A stretch of DNA of 64,000 bases from Promethearchaeota archaeon. GTDB lineage: Archaea > Asgardarchaeota > Lokiarchaeia > Sigyniarchaeales > SOKP01. The notes under the pieces were generated by a model. It saw nothing but the letters and a program-made list of their open reading frames with translations, had not been told where the DNA came from and did not search any database. Position 1 is the stretch's first letter, and each line of letters starts with the position of its first letter. The stretch covers positions 44,903-108,902 of the forward strand of contig JBHLMP010000004.1 in NCBI GenBank assembly GCA_048938025.1. The letters are read 5' to 3'. Below, piece by piece: positions 27,661-37,592 of this stretch. The position numbers and the translations under genes were made by a program.

Positions 27661-27966
27661 TTTAAAATCATTGAATATTTGTTAAATATAAATAAACTAT
27701 ACCTTATTCTATTTAAAATTAATATTAATTTTTCTAATATTAATATTTCATATTGAACTTAACATGAGTGGCTCGAGATGGGAGATCATTTTTATTAAAT
27801 TTTTAGTAAGTAAATGAAAAGAAATCCAATTGTTTTGATTATAATTTAAAAGAACTCTCCTAATTACTAATAAACTTATAATTTGTAAGAATATAAATTT
27901 AATATGTTGCTATAATAGATTTATTTATTAAAGCTAATTAGAAATTAGAATTCAAAGGATACTCAG

Positions 27967-29259
27967 ATGAAAAATCGTTTTATCATTGATAACAAAATAA
28001 CAAATGAATTTGTTGAAAAATATACAAAAACAACATATAGAATCATAGGTAAAAATAAACATTCTTTTATCAAACCTTGTTATTGGTTAGAACAAAGATT
28101 AATGACAGGAAGAGATAACAGAAACTGTTATAAAGGAGTTTTCGGTATAAAAAGTCATAGATGTTTACAAAATACACCTTCTTTACCTTTTTGTAATCAT
28201 CAATGTGTATTTTGTTGGAGAGATATAGAAATTGGCTCTCTCGGAGCAGATTTCGTTGTTGAGCCAGATGATCCAAAATTTCTAGTTGATGAAATGATAC
28301 GCCACCAGCAGGATATTATAAAAAACCATTTACCTTTAAGACGTTATTTAGATAATTATGAGATAATGATTGATGTTCTTTATTATATGCTTCTCAATTC
28401 AAATGAAAATCACAATTTAAATTCACTCTCTAATAAAATTCATGTATCCAGAAATAAAATAGAACGTGCGATCAATTTACTAAAAAATCAAGAATATATA
28501 AAACCTAAAGATCAGTTACTTCAAAATTTTGAACTTGATGATGACTTCAGATGTTGTATTGAGTCAAGAGACGAAATTGAATTATTAATAAATAGAGAAC
28601 TAACTACTCCCGATGAAATCATGGAAACTCATAGTGAAGCAATGTATCCGACCCATGCCGCAATTTCTCTAGATGGAGAGCCATTATTATATCCACGACT
28701 TTCTGAATTTGTTGAAGAATTTAGGAAACGAAATATAACCACATTTATTGTAACGAACGGTACACTACCAGAAAAGATTGGAAAATTAGAGCCATTACCT
28801 AGTCAATTATATATAACATTGCCTTCTCCGAATGAAGAGATATATAAAACAGTTTGCCGTCCAATGATTAAAAATGGCTGGGAAAAAATTAAAGAGAGTT
28901 TAAGTTTAATTGAATCATTAGCTTGTAGAACTTTGGTGAGATTAACTGCTGTGAAAGATCTTAATTTAAAAGATCATTATCTTAAAGATTATATTAAAAT
29001 TATTGAAAAGGCGAACCCTAACTTTTTCGAAATTAAAGGATTTACTTTACAAGCTAAAGCTTTATTAATAAAAGAGAGATTAAAAAGTGATAAATCACTT
29101 CAATCCTATTTTCCGGAATACGATTATTTGGAAGAGATTGCCTTAAAATTTGAAGAATTAAGCGGATTTCCTCTAATCTATAAAAATAAAGCAAGTAGAG
29201 ATTTTCTATTCGCAGTAAACTGGGATAAAAATAATGATCCAAAAATAATTAATCCTTAA
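27967..29259 (+). CDS. taw1: 4-demethylwyosine synthase Taw1/TYW1 (radical SAM) with wHTH-like insertion
   Basis: CYK..FGIKSHRC, CNHQCVFCWR, HAAISLDGEP, TFIVTNG and PSQLY motifs. Confidence 0.88.
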   Translation: MKNRFIIDNKITNEFVEKYTKTTYRIIGKNKHSFIKPCYWLEQRLMTGRDNRNCYKGVFGIKSHRCLQNTPSLPFCNHQCVFCWRDIEIGSLGADFVVEPDDPKFLVDEMIRHQQDIIKNHLPLRRYLDNYEIMIDVLYYMLLNSNENHNLNSLSNKIHVSRNKIERAINLLKNQEYIKPKDQLLQNFELDDDFRCCIESRDEIELLINRELTTPDEIMETHSEAMYPTHAAISLDGEPLLYPRLSEFVEEFRKRNITTFIVTNGTLPEKIGKLEPLPSQLYITLPSPNEEIYKTVCRPMIKNGWEKIKESLSLIESLACRTLVRLTAVKDLNLKDHYLKDYIKIIEKANPNFFEIKGFTLQAKALLIKERLKSDKSLQSYFPEYDYLEEIALKFEELSGFPLIYKNKASRDFLFAVNWDKNNDPKIINP

Positions 29260-29270
29260 ATTGATAAAAT

Positions 29271-29918
29271 CTATACTTTTTTTTGTTCTTGGGCTAAAAC
29301 CATTGCTTTTTTTATGATTTTATTATATTGTTCTTTAAAATCCTCAATATTTTCAACCATCTCTCTAAAATATTCCAACCATCTAATCTCTGCTTCATTA
29401 TGCAATCTCCAATGTTTCAAAGGAAGTATGTAAAAAGGATTTAATTTATAAAGAGGATTAGATTTAACTAATTGCTCCCCCTCCTCAGCATGTTTGAAAG
29501 TTTTGTTTCTCTCCTTAATCTGTTTATCTATAGAATCTAATATAAATTGCTTTCCCTTGGTCAGACCAAAAAGCATTATAAAAGGTGTAGCAGCATCTAT
29601 ATCAAAATAAATTTCTTGTGCTTGATTAAGTAAGAAAGAAATCTGTTCCTGAAATTCTTTTTTACCTTTGTTTAATAATCTATAGATTATTTGCTCAGGA
29701 CGATTACCTTCTTGCTTAGATCCTACCTCTTTAATGAATCTATCCCTCTCAAGTTGATTTAATATATAATAAAAAGAGGCATTTGTAGCTTTAATATAGT
29801 GATCATAACGCCATTCTTTTGCTAAAGAAATGAGCTCATAACCACTCATAGGTTTAGGAATTGTGTTCATTACTCCTAATATAAACGTTTTTAATGGTGT
29901 ATATCTCTTTTTTGGCAT
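29271..29918 (-). CDS. PadR-family transcriptional regulator
   Basis: PMSGYEL, SFYYILNQLERDRFI and RPEQIIYRLLNKGK. Confidence 0.85.
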   Translation of the reverse strand: MPKKRYTPLKTFILGVMNTIPKPMSGYELISLAKEWRYDHYIKATNASFYYILNQLERDRFIKEVGSKQEGNRPEQIIYRLLNKGKKEFQEQISFLLNQAQEIYFDIDAATPFIMLFGLTKGKQFILDSIDKQIKERNKTFKHAEEGEQLVKSNPLYKLNPFYILPLKHWRLHNEAEIRWLEYFREMVENIEDFKEQYNKIIKKAMVLAQEQKKV

Positions 29919-30058
29919 AGATATAACTCAACTCTTCATATACTTAATATTAATATTATTTTAATAAATGGTTAAATTGAAATAGTTAGATTTAAATATT
30001 CAATCTTAATTATATATAGTAACATCAATTATTTAAAATTTATGGCGATGTTTGAAAA

Positions 30059-30616
30059 ATGTTGAAAAATAATATAATTACTGAAAAAAAAAGTACTAAT
30101 GCATCAGAGAAAGATATTTCCCTATCAAAATATTCTTGGAAAGATTTTATTCTTTCTATGATCTATCAACCATTATTGATTGCTCAATGCGTTTTAGTAT
30201 TTTTCTTTTACAGTTTTTATCATCTTAATTTTCTTACTTGGTTTGGATGGGTTTTTATGATTTTATTTATGGTAGTTGGATCCTTACCAAAGCAAGCTTT
30301 CAATAGATATGGAGAAATTGAAAAAGGAGAATGTCATATCCACACAACAAGACTAGTGGATAAGGGTATTTATGCCATTATTAGACATCCATATTGGTTA
30401 TGTTGGATATTTCTCAGCATTTCATTGACTTTAATGTCGCAATATTGGTTAATGGTGATCTTTGGTATAATTATATGTTCGATTGTTTATGGAGAAACTT
30501 ATCTTTTAGATAAAGGACTTATAGAAAAATTTGGGAATGAATATAAAGCATATAAAGAAAAAGTCCCCAGAATAAATTTGATATTGGGATTTATCAAGTA
30601 TGTAAAAAGAAAGTAA
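30059..30616 (+). CDS. ICMT/Ste14-PEMT family membrane methyltransferase 1
   Basis: LVDKGIYAIIRHPYW; FGNEYKAYKEKVPR. Confidence 0.85.
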   Translation: MLKNNIITEKKSTNASEKDISLSKYSWKDFILSMIYQPLLIAQCVLVFFFYSFYHLNFLTWFGWVFMILFMVVGSLPKQAFNRYGEIEKGECHIHTTRLVDKGIYAIIRHPYWLCWIFLSISLTLMSQYWLMVIFGIIICSIVYGETYLLDKGLIEKFGNEYKAYKEKVPRINLILGFIKYVKRK

Positions 30617-30646
30617 TTACAAAATTATTAAATAATAGAAAAAAAG

Positions 30647-31168
30647 GTGAATAATGAAAGAATGACTAACAGAAAGGAAAGAAAAATTAGGAATATAATC
30701 TTTACAACAATATTTACTGCCTCTTTCTTAGCTCAAATTATCCTAATGTTCATGTTCTTTAACGAATTGAATTTAATCATTTTGACATATATTGGATATA
30801 TAATTTGGGGATTTAGTCTTTATTTTGGTTTAATTTCATTTTGGACTTTTAAAAAACGAGGGGGAGTACAAAAGGGAAAAAGTTATGTACATACAACAAA
30901 GGTAGTGGAAAAAGGTCCATATGCTATAATTCGTCATCCACAATATTTAGGAGGAATTTTATTTAGTATCAGTATTACATTATGGACTCAATTATGGGTG
31001 AGTTTAATCCTTAGCATCATTATCCTAGTTTTAACATACCAATGGACTTATGTAGAGGATAAAAATCTTATTGATAAATTTGGTGAAGATTATGAGAGAT
31101 ATAAAGATAAAGTACCACGCCTCAATCCTATATTAGGGATAATTAAGTATTATATTCAGAAAAAATGA
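30647..31168 (+). CDS. ICMT/Ste14-PEMT family membrane methyltransferase 2
   Basis: VVEKGPYAIIRHPQYLG; FGEDYERYKDKVPR. Confidence 0.85.
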   Translation: MNNERMTNRKERKIRNIIFTTIFTASFLAQIILMFMFFNELNLIILTYIGYIIWGFSLYFGLISFWTFKKRGGVQKGKSYVHTTKVVEKGPYAIIRHPQYLGGILFSISITLWTQLWVSLILSIIILVLTYQWTYVEDKNLIDKFGEDYERYKDKVPRLNPILGIIKYYIQKK

Positions 31169-31169
31169 G

Positions 31170-31706
31170 GTGAATACCATGTTAACAGATTTTATACCTT
31201 TAATAATATGGAGTGCAATAATGATCTATTGCAGTTATTGGATCATATCCGTGCTAAAAACAGAAACAAAATATGAGATTTCAGAAGCTTTAGCTTTAGC
31301 TTCTTATTTTACAGCTGCAATTCTGGGACAATATTTCGAAATAATTTATCAAAATATATTCTTAACTATAACTGGATTTGTATTAATCTTTATAGGTGTT
31401 TTTATCTTTATTAGTCAGTTGATAATAATGAAAAAATTCGGGCAAGGAGAGCACTGGGAAGATACTACAGTTATAATCAAGAAAGGATGGTTTAAATATA
31501 TACGCCATCCTATGTACTTCGGACTTGCAATTGCTGACATTGGCGTTATAATATGGATTCCTTCTTTTTTTTCAATAATATTTGCCTTAATATCTTTCAT
31601 ATTATGCTTAATGAGCTCGATTTGGGAAGATAAAGTAAATATAGACAAGTTTGGAGATGCTTATAGGGAATATATGAAAAAAGTGAAGCTCTGGGGAATC
31701 TTTTAA
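31170..31706 (+). CDS. ICMT/Ste14-PEMT family membrane methyltransferase 3
   Basis: GWFKYIRHPMYFG; FGDAYREYMKKV. Confidence 0.85.
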   Translation: MNTMLTDFIPLIIWSAIMIYCSYWIISVLKTETKYEISEALALASYFTAAILGQYFEIIYQNIFLTITGFVLIFIGVFIFISQLIIMKKFGQGEHWEDTTVIIKKGWFKYIRHPMYFGLAIADIGVIIWIPSFFSIIFALISFILCLMSSIWEDKVNIDKFGDAYREYMKKVKLWGIF

Positions 31707-32344
31707 AACATATCTTTTAAAAATTTTTGAATAATTTTTTTTAATTTTTCAATATTTATCTTTTGTAAAGCTGAAAACTCGAGATATGGAATTTCTTCTT
31801 TGTTATGGAATTCATGGTCATCTAAATGAACTAAATTTAATTCATAATTCTCTGCCGACTCAATAAATAATTTAATATTTTTATATTTATCAAAGTTAGA
31901 TACTTTGTCTATTTTATTAAAAATTAATAAAATGGGTATATCAAATTCTCTCAAAAATTTTATCAATTCAAAACTTAAAGGTATAGTTTCTTGATTATGA
32001 ATAAAATACTTTTCAATCTCGTCTTTAATTCTTAAAATATTAATAACTACCAAGCCGAAAAAATAATCTTGATGATGTTTCTCAATATGTATAACAATTT
32101 GCTTCTTAATATGCTCTTCTCGTCTATGACTAGCCCGCCTAATATATCCAAAACCAGGAAGATCTATTATTTTATAAGGTAAATCAGTTTGGGTAATAGA
32201 TGTTATTAATAAGGTACTTCCAGGATGCTTTCCTATCTTACCTTTAAATTTTCGCGGATTTGGAAGTAAAAGCCTTGTTATTGAACTTTTTCCTACATTA
32301 GAATTTCCAATAATTAACAAAGAGGGTTTATCATTCATACTCAA
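31703..32344 (-). CDS. engB: EngB/YihA-family GTP-binding protein
   Basis: GNSNVGKSS, PGST, DLPGFG, NKID and SAL motifs. Confidence 0.85.
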   Translation of the reverse strand: MSMNDKPSLLIIGNSNVGKSSITRLLLPNPRKFKGKIGKHPGSTLLITSITQTDLPYKIIDLPGFGYIRRASHRREEHIKKQIVIHIEKHHQDYFFGLVVINILRIKDEIEKYFIHNQETIPLSFELIKFLREFDIPILLIFNKIDKVSNFDKYKNIKLFIESAENYELNLVHLDDHEFHNKEEIPYLEFSALQKINIEKLKKIIQKFLKDMF

Positions 32345-32367
32345 ATAATTATTTACATAAAATCCTA

Positions 32368-33246
32368 CTAAAAATCGAGAAAATCATCTTTAAGAAAATC
32401 TTTATACATTTTTTTCTTTTCTTTTTCTTCAATAACAGGTCTAGTGCTTATTGGTTCACCAGTTTCTTCTAACAATTGTGTTAATTCTTTTACATTCACA
32501 TTTACTTTGAATTTACCATCTCTTAGAAAACGGATTACTTGTTTATTATTTAATGATAATCTTAAAATATAACCTAAACCAAAATAAAATTGATGTTCTG
32601 GAATCGGATCAATTGGAGATTTACTTGTTACCTCTTTTAATACGTCATAAAGTAATTCTTTTGAAGCAATATGATCCTCTACATTAAAAACTAAATAATA
32701 TAACGCATGATACCAAATCTTTTCTCGTTTTTCTTTAAGATAGTTAAGAAATTTTTCGGGAGTTACAATTTCTACTTTTTCTAATTCTTTTCTTTTTGCT
32801 AATTCTTCTTTAATTCTTTGTTCTAATTCTGTGGGAATTACTTGAGGTTTAAATTCTGTATCTTCTTCAGATGGGATCAGCTCTTCCTGTTTAACACTCT
32901 CTATAGCTTCTTTCATCTCCATTAATTCATCCATATCAATTTCATCCATATCAGAAAAATCTGAAAGCATAACTTCTTTGTATTCCTTTTCTTGTTCTAA
33001 TTCTGACACAATTTCAGAGTTTTTAATACCTTCAAAGATCTCCCCATTAGCTAATTCTTCGCTTTCCTTAACTTTTTCAATTGCTTCTTGCATTTCTTGA
33101 AGTTCTTCAAAATCCAAATCATCTAAATCAGAAAAATTAGATTCAAGTGCTTTCATTTCAGTTAGATAAGCTTGTAAATCATCTCCTTCTCCTTCTTCCT
33201 CTTTCTCATTTATATTTTCTTGTCTCTCTTCTTGATTTTCATTCAT
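32368..33246 (-). CDS. hypothetical protein with acidic repeated N-terminus and globular C-terminal domain
   Basis: 292 aa; two ~30-aa acidic repeats. Confidence 0.75.
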   Translation of the reverse strand: MNENQEERQENINEKEEEGEGDDLQAYLTEMKALESNFSDLDDLDFEELQEMQEAIEKVKESEELANGEIFEGIKNSEIVSELEQEKEYKEVMLSDFSDMDEIDMDELMEMKEAIESVKQEELIPSEEDTEFKPQVIPTELEQRIKEELAKRKELEKVEIVTPEKFLNYLKEKREKIWYHALYYLVFNVEDHIASKELLYDVLKEVTSKSPIDPIPEHQFYFGLGYILRLSLNNKQVIRFLRDGKFKVNVNVKELTQLLEETGEPISTRPVIEEKEKKKMYKDFLKDDFLDF

Positions 33247-33370
33247 AATTTCTTTTATTTAGATAGTAGGCATTTTATTCAATTTTTTCTATATTAATAT
33301 TAGTTCTTTAGTTCTTTAAATATTAATATTCGTATAGTTAAAATTGCTCTAAACATTAATTCACTTTAAG

Positions 33371-34078
33371 ATGGATAAAATAAATTTAGAACACTATAAA
33401 GGAATCATTTTTGACCTAGATGGAGTCATTTATGATATTACAGATGCGATCATTAAAGCTGTTGATGATGGAATAGAAAAATACCAATTAAAAGTTAACC
33501 GTGATGCCGTCATGGAGGAAATTGCTCATTTAATCGAAGAAATTCAAAATTATCCCGTTCCTAAAATTCTGTTAAATTCCTATGAGTTACTTAAAATAAA
33601 CTCTTTGGAAGGGCTCAGTTTCTTCAAAAAGTTACGTATAGCTATCTTTTTATTTAACCAGTTTAATAAATATAGAGAAGAAGCTACTATATTCGATGGT
33701 ATAGATGATTTAATCTCAAAATTATCAAAGATTTTCAAATTAGCCATATTAACCAATAATAAAAGTCAATATGCTGAAGAAGTATTAGAGAAATTTAATT
33801 TAACTAAATATTTTGGAACTATAATTGGATTTAATGAAGTGACAGAAGTTAAACCTAACCCGGAAGGAATTCTTAAAATCCTTGAAAAATGGAAGATTAA
33901 ACCCTCAGAAGCTATTTTCATTGGGGATATGACAACTGATATTGAAGCAGGGAAAAATGCTAATGTCAAAATGGTATGTGTTGCTAGTGGGCTAGCTCAA
34001 AAAGAGATTTTAAAGGAACATAATCCGGATTTCCTTGTTGATAATACAGTTGAACTAAAACAGCTTTTTAATTTATAA
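33371..34078 (+). CDS. HAD-superfamily hydrolase (phosphoglycolate phosphatase-like)
   Basis: FDLDG, LTN, KPNPEG and IGDMTTD motifs. Confidence 0.9.
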   Translation: MDKINLEHYKGIIFDLDGVIYDITDAIIKAVDDGIEKYQLKVNRDAVMEEIAHLIEEIQNYPVPKILLNSYELLKINSLEGLSFFKKLRIAIFLFNQFNKYREEATIFDGIDDLISKLSKIFKLAILTNNKSQYAEEVLEKFNLTKYFGTIIGFNEVTEVKPNPEGILKILEKWKIKPSEAIFIGDMTTDIEAGKNANVKMVCVASGLAQKEILKEHNPDFLVDNTVELKQLFNL

Positions 34079-34127
34079 TTTTTAAAAAAAATCTGTAAAA
34101 TAGTAAGAGTAGAATTTTTAAAAAATT

Positions 34128-36380
34128 TTAAGTTCTTTTATAAATAAATCTTTCCCAACTCTTTGTATTGGGGAGTTCCTGTGGCATTCCCTTTCTTTTA
34201 CGAATTTCTAAGATTACATCTTCTTCCAAAGAAGGAGGTACTCTTTCGAAACCTTTAAACTCATATCCGAAAAAAGCCTTTCCCTGTGTAGAGCTTCGGA
34301 TTTCGTCTGCTATACCGATTATCTCTGCAGCAGGTATTTGCCCTTGAATTCTTACATATTCCCCTTCAGGGATGACATTGTTTATTCGACCTCGGTGCCT
34401 ATTAATTATTGAATTTACTCCACCTTCAGTACCCTGTGGTGTTTTTACATCTATTTTTTGTACTGGCTCGTAAAGATGTGGATCAGCATTAAGCATAGCT
34501 AATGAGAGAGCAGAGTAACTCATGCTTGCGGTCTGTGCAAACTGAGTATGGCGGGGATCCTCATGAATTGTTAAATCTATAAATACTGCTCTAATTCCCA
34601 TGGCAGGTTCTTTAGCAATTATGCACTCTTCAATCCAATTTCTAAATGAACTAACTAAATCATTTTTAATTCTATCAAATCGTTGTATTCCAGAAGTTCC
34701 ATTTACTAAAATATTTCCTTTATAAACGTCAACAATACGTCTAGCTTCTTTCGTATCCCAACCTGCCTCTTCTCTTAATATTTTAGCACGCTCTTTTTCA
34801 TCCTGTAAATCAGTAATTCTACCCTCATCAATTAATTCTTCAGTTTTTTCATCTAAAGGTTCTACGTATAACAGAAGACGATTATGAGCATTTGACGATT
34901 TAGTATGAAATTGTTTACTTTTTGTATTTATTTTTTCTCTGTATACTATAATAGGTTCTCCTATATCAATTTTTACCTGATTATTTATTCTTTTAACCAG
35001 AATCTCGATTTGGAGTGGATCGATTCCAGAAAGTATATATTCTTTACTCTCCTTATCAAGGCGGAATTCTGCAGTGGGATCCGCTTGTAGCCACTTCCCA
35101 ACAACGTCCCCTAATTTACCAAGGTCATGTGGATCTTGAGGTTTAATACTTCTTGACACAACAGCTTTACAAGCATAATGGATTTTTTCAAAAGTAGGGA
35201 TTTTGGCAATTTCTTCTTTATCTTTAGGGACCATTTCAGTATGGATAAAAGTCTCTCCAGAAGGACAAATGAATCCATATAAAGCAAAAAGATTTCCTGC
35301 TGGTATCTTAGGAATGTCCAAAAGATCTGTTATCTCCATTACACCTAATCTTTTTACTCGATTTGAAGTTCGACTTCCAAGGAGATAGATTGAGTCAGTT
35401 TGATTGAAGGTTCCAGAGAAAACTCTCCCAATTAAAGTTGCTGCATATTGACGTCTGGGGTCCAAAAATATCTTCGTAATCATCCCATATAATGGTCCGC
35501 TAGCATCACATTTTTGCAGTGATTGTCCCAGTTCTGAGTTCAAATCACCTCCCCAGAGATGAGGAATTCTATATTTAGATGCACTAACAGGATCAGGTAG
35601 ATGATCAACAACCATTCTTAACATCGGCTCATCTAATGGTAGATTATCTCGTAGCCATTGAATATCACCTTCATTATATTTTTCGAATACGGTTATAGGA
35701 GTAAGTTCTTTTTCTTTAAGAATCTGATAAGTAAATCCCCAGCCGTGCTTCGCAGAACCTATTGTTACACTATTCTTTGCGAAGTCCACACCCCAGTCGG
35801 AACCTTCTGGTCTTACTTTCTTTATCAAGTCATTAACTTGGTTTGTTATTATATCTATCTTGGCATATGTATCTTTTGGACTTAATCTGAGCTCACTGAT
35901 TAAACGATCTACTTTATTTATAAAAAGTACTGGTTTACAATATTCTTCTCCGACAGCTAATCGAATATTTGTTTCAGTTTGAGTCATAATGCCTTCTAAG
36001 GCATCAACCAAGATCATAGCACCATCACTGCCTCTTAATGCTCGCGATACTTCTCCTGTAAACGAGATATGACCAGGAGTATCGTTTAATTGTAAAATAT
36101 ATGGTTCTTCATCATCTGGTTTTCTAGGGTCTTTAAAAGCGAGTAATACGACACTTGTAAAAATTGTAATACCCCGTTCTTGTTCTTCATCATCTGAATC
36201 GGTCATTTGGAGTTGCCCTGCATCTTCAGGTCGCATAAGTCCTGCTCTTCTTAACAAGTAATCAGTTGCAGTAGTCTTTCCATGATCGATGTGAGCAGTA
36301 ATACTGAAAATTCTCTTCTTTTGATAAGAACCTTGAACCACGAGCCGTTCTATCTCTTCAGGATTCTTTACTTTTACCAT
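34128..36380 (-). CDS. elongation factor 2 family GTPase, probably the Asgard aEF-2 paralog (aEF-2p)
   Basis: AHIDHGKTT, RGITI, DTPGH and NKVD motifs; the domain IV loop reads HEDPRHTQFAQ instead of HRG. Confidence 0.88.
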   Translation of the reverse strand: MVKVKNPEEIERLVVQGSYQKKRIFSITAHIDHGKTTATDYLLRRAGLMRPEDAGQLQMTDSDDEEQERGITIFTSVVLLAFKDPRKPDDEEPYILQLNDTPGHISFTGEVSRALRGSDGAMILVDALEGIMTQTETNIRLAVGEEYCKPVLFINKVDRLISELRLSPKDTYAKIDIITNQVNDLIKKVRPEGSDWGVDFAKNSVTIGSAKHGWGFTYQILKEKELTPITVFEKYNEGDIQWLRDNLPLDEPMLRMVVDHLPDPVSASKYRIPHLWGGDLNSELGQSLQKCDASGPLYGMITKIFLDPRRQYAATLIGRVFSGTFNQTDSIYLLGSRTSNRVKRLGVMEITDLLDIPKIPAGNLFALYGFICPSGETFIHTEMVPKDKEEIAKIPTFEKIHYACKAVVSRSIKPQDPHDLGKLGDVVGKWLQADPTAEFRLDKESKEYILSGIDPLQIEILVKRINNQVKIDIGEPIIVYREKINTKSKQFHTKSSNAHNRLLLYVEPLDEKTEELIDEGRITDLQDEKERAKILREEAGWDTKEARRIVDVYKGNILVNGTSGIQRFDRIKNDLVSSFRNWIEECIIAKEPAMGIRAVFIDLTIHEDPRHTQFAQTASMSYSALSLAMLNADPHLYEPVQKIDVKTPQGTEGGVNSIINRHRGRINNVIPEGEYVRIQGQIPAAEIIGIADEIRSSTQGKAFFGYEFKGFERVPPSLEEDVILEIRKRKGMPQELPNTKSWERFIYKRT

Positions 36381-36539
36381 TGTAAGTTCACATTGTTATA
36401 ATTTGAAGTAATTATAATATTTTAATTAAATGAGAAAATATGTCAAATCATAAAAATTTTATGAATATAGGCTATAAACTGGATCTACAAAAAAAATGAG
36501 TGAAACTTTAATAAAGCCAAATAGTAATTAAAAATAATC

Positions 36540-36968
36540 CTACTCATTTGTTTTATTATTCCAAATATAAGAAATATAGTCCGTTAACGTTTCATAGTTG
36601 TGAGTAAGAATATCTTCAAATTTTTGATAATATTTCATATTAGTTCCAAATTTGTTTATTTGGTCTCGAGGAAAATATTCAAAGAATTTACTTACTATAT
36701 AATCCAGTTCTTTTTTTACCTGTTTATCTTTCACCTTTTTAGGAAATCTGCCCACAAACATGAATCCCTCTTTAGATACAATTTTTACCTGTAAATTATG
36801 AGTAGCAAAATGGGATAATATATCATTTAAGATGACTTTTGTAAAAGAAGATAATGCACTAATAAAACCTCCTATAAACTGGTCATTGATACTCTCGTTA
36901 TTCTTTTTACTAAATACAACTACTCCTCCTTCTTTTAAAATCCATAAGTCTTGTAAATCTCTTATCAC
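36540..36968 (-). CDS. longin-like domain protein
   Basis: LWILKEGGVVVFS...DQFIGGFISALSSFTK...FMFVGR...ELDYIVSKFFEYF, a longin-type beta-beta-alpha-beta3-alpha pattern. Confidence 0.7.
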   Translation of the reverse strand: MIRDLQDLWILKEGGVVVFSKKNNESINDQFIGGFISALSSFTKVILNDILSHFATHNLQVKIVSKEGFMFVGRFPKKVKDKQVKKELDYIVSKFFEYFPRDQINKFGTNMKYYQKFEDILTHNYETLTDYISYIWNNKTNE

Positions 36969-37134
36969 TATATTTCCTTCTGAATGATGGTAACTAATTT
37001 AATCAGACTAAACATAATATATACTTCGAATATTTAAACTTGCGCTGATTGCGACAAAAAATGTTGTTTGCCTAATTTTAAAATAAAGAAAGAGAACTGT
37101 AAAATACTAGTTATTTTTCTTAATTTCCTCTGGC

Positions 37135-37566
37135 TTATTCAACGTATTTGTAACCTAATTTCTTTAAGGTTTCAATTTCTTTCTGTTTGTGAATTTCTGC
37201 TAACTTATCTTTTGTTTTTTCCCATTCGGGACCAGTTAGAGGATAAATTTTCATTACAAAAAAACATAATAATAAAAATATTGCAGGCAACAACATCCAT
37301 CCAATAATAATACCTGTTTCTATTCGAAAAGATTGCTGACCGGGATCTAAATCTTTATCAAAACCAAAGACTACAATAATAAACAGAAAGACCGATTCTG
37401 CGATACTATAGGCATATTTCGTTACAAAAGAATTAATGCCAGCATACATTCCTTCTCTTCTTTGACCTGTCATATTTTCATCCTTATCAATTACATCTCC
37501 GTTCATTAAAGGAATTAAATATAAAGCACCTGTTAATCCGATACCTAATCCTATAAATCCTATCAT
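37135..37566 (-). pseudogene. 5'-truncated GPH-family (MelB-like) MFS transporter, last ~3 TMs only
   Basis: DVIDKDENMTGQRREGMYAG and YPL C-terminal motifs; only 143 aa, and cca lies immediately upstream. Confidence 0.75.
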
Positions 37567-37592
37567 TGTTATTGAAAAATAAAACTGTAATA

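Noticed and set aside
29941-29960. Palindrome taatattaatatta as a PadR operator
   Set aside because: Pure A/T palindromes are expected by chance at this composition, and similar ones occur near 27720.
30059-31706. Eukaryote-like CaaX processing pathway (ICMTs, prenyltransferase-like protein and small GTPases)
   Set aside because: Neither GTPase ends in a CaaX or CC motif, the prenyltransferase-repeat protein looks extracellular, and ICMT-family genes are widespread in prokaryotes.
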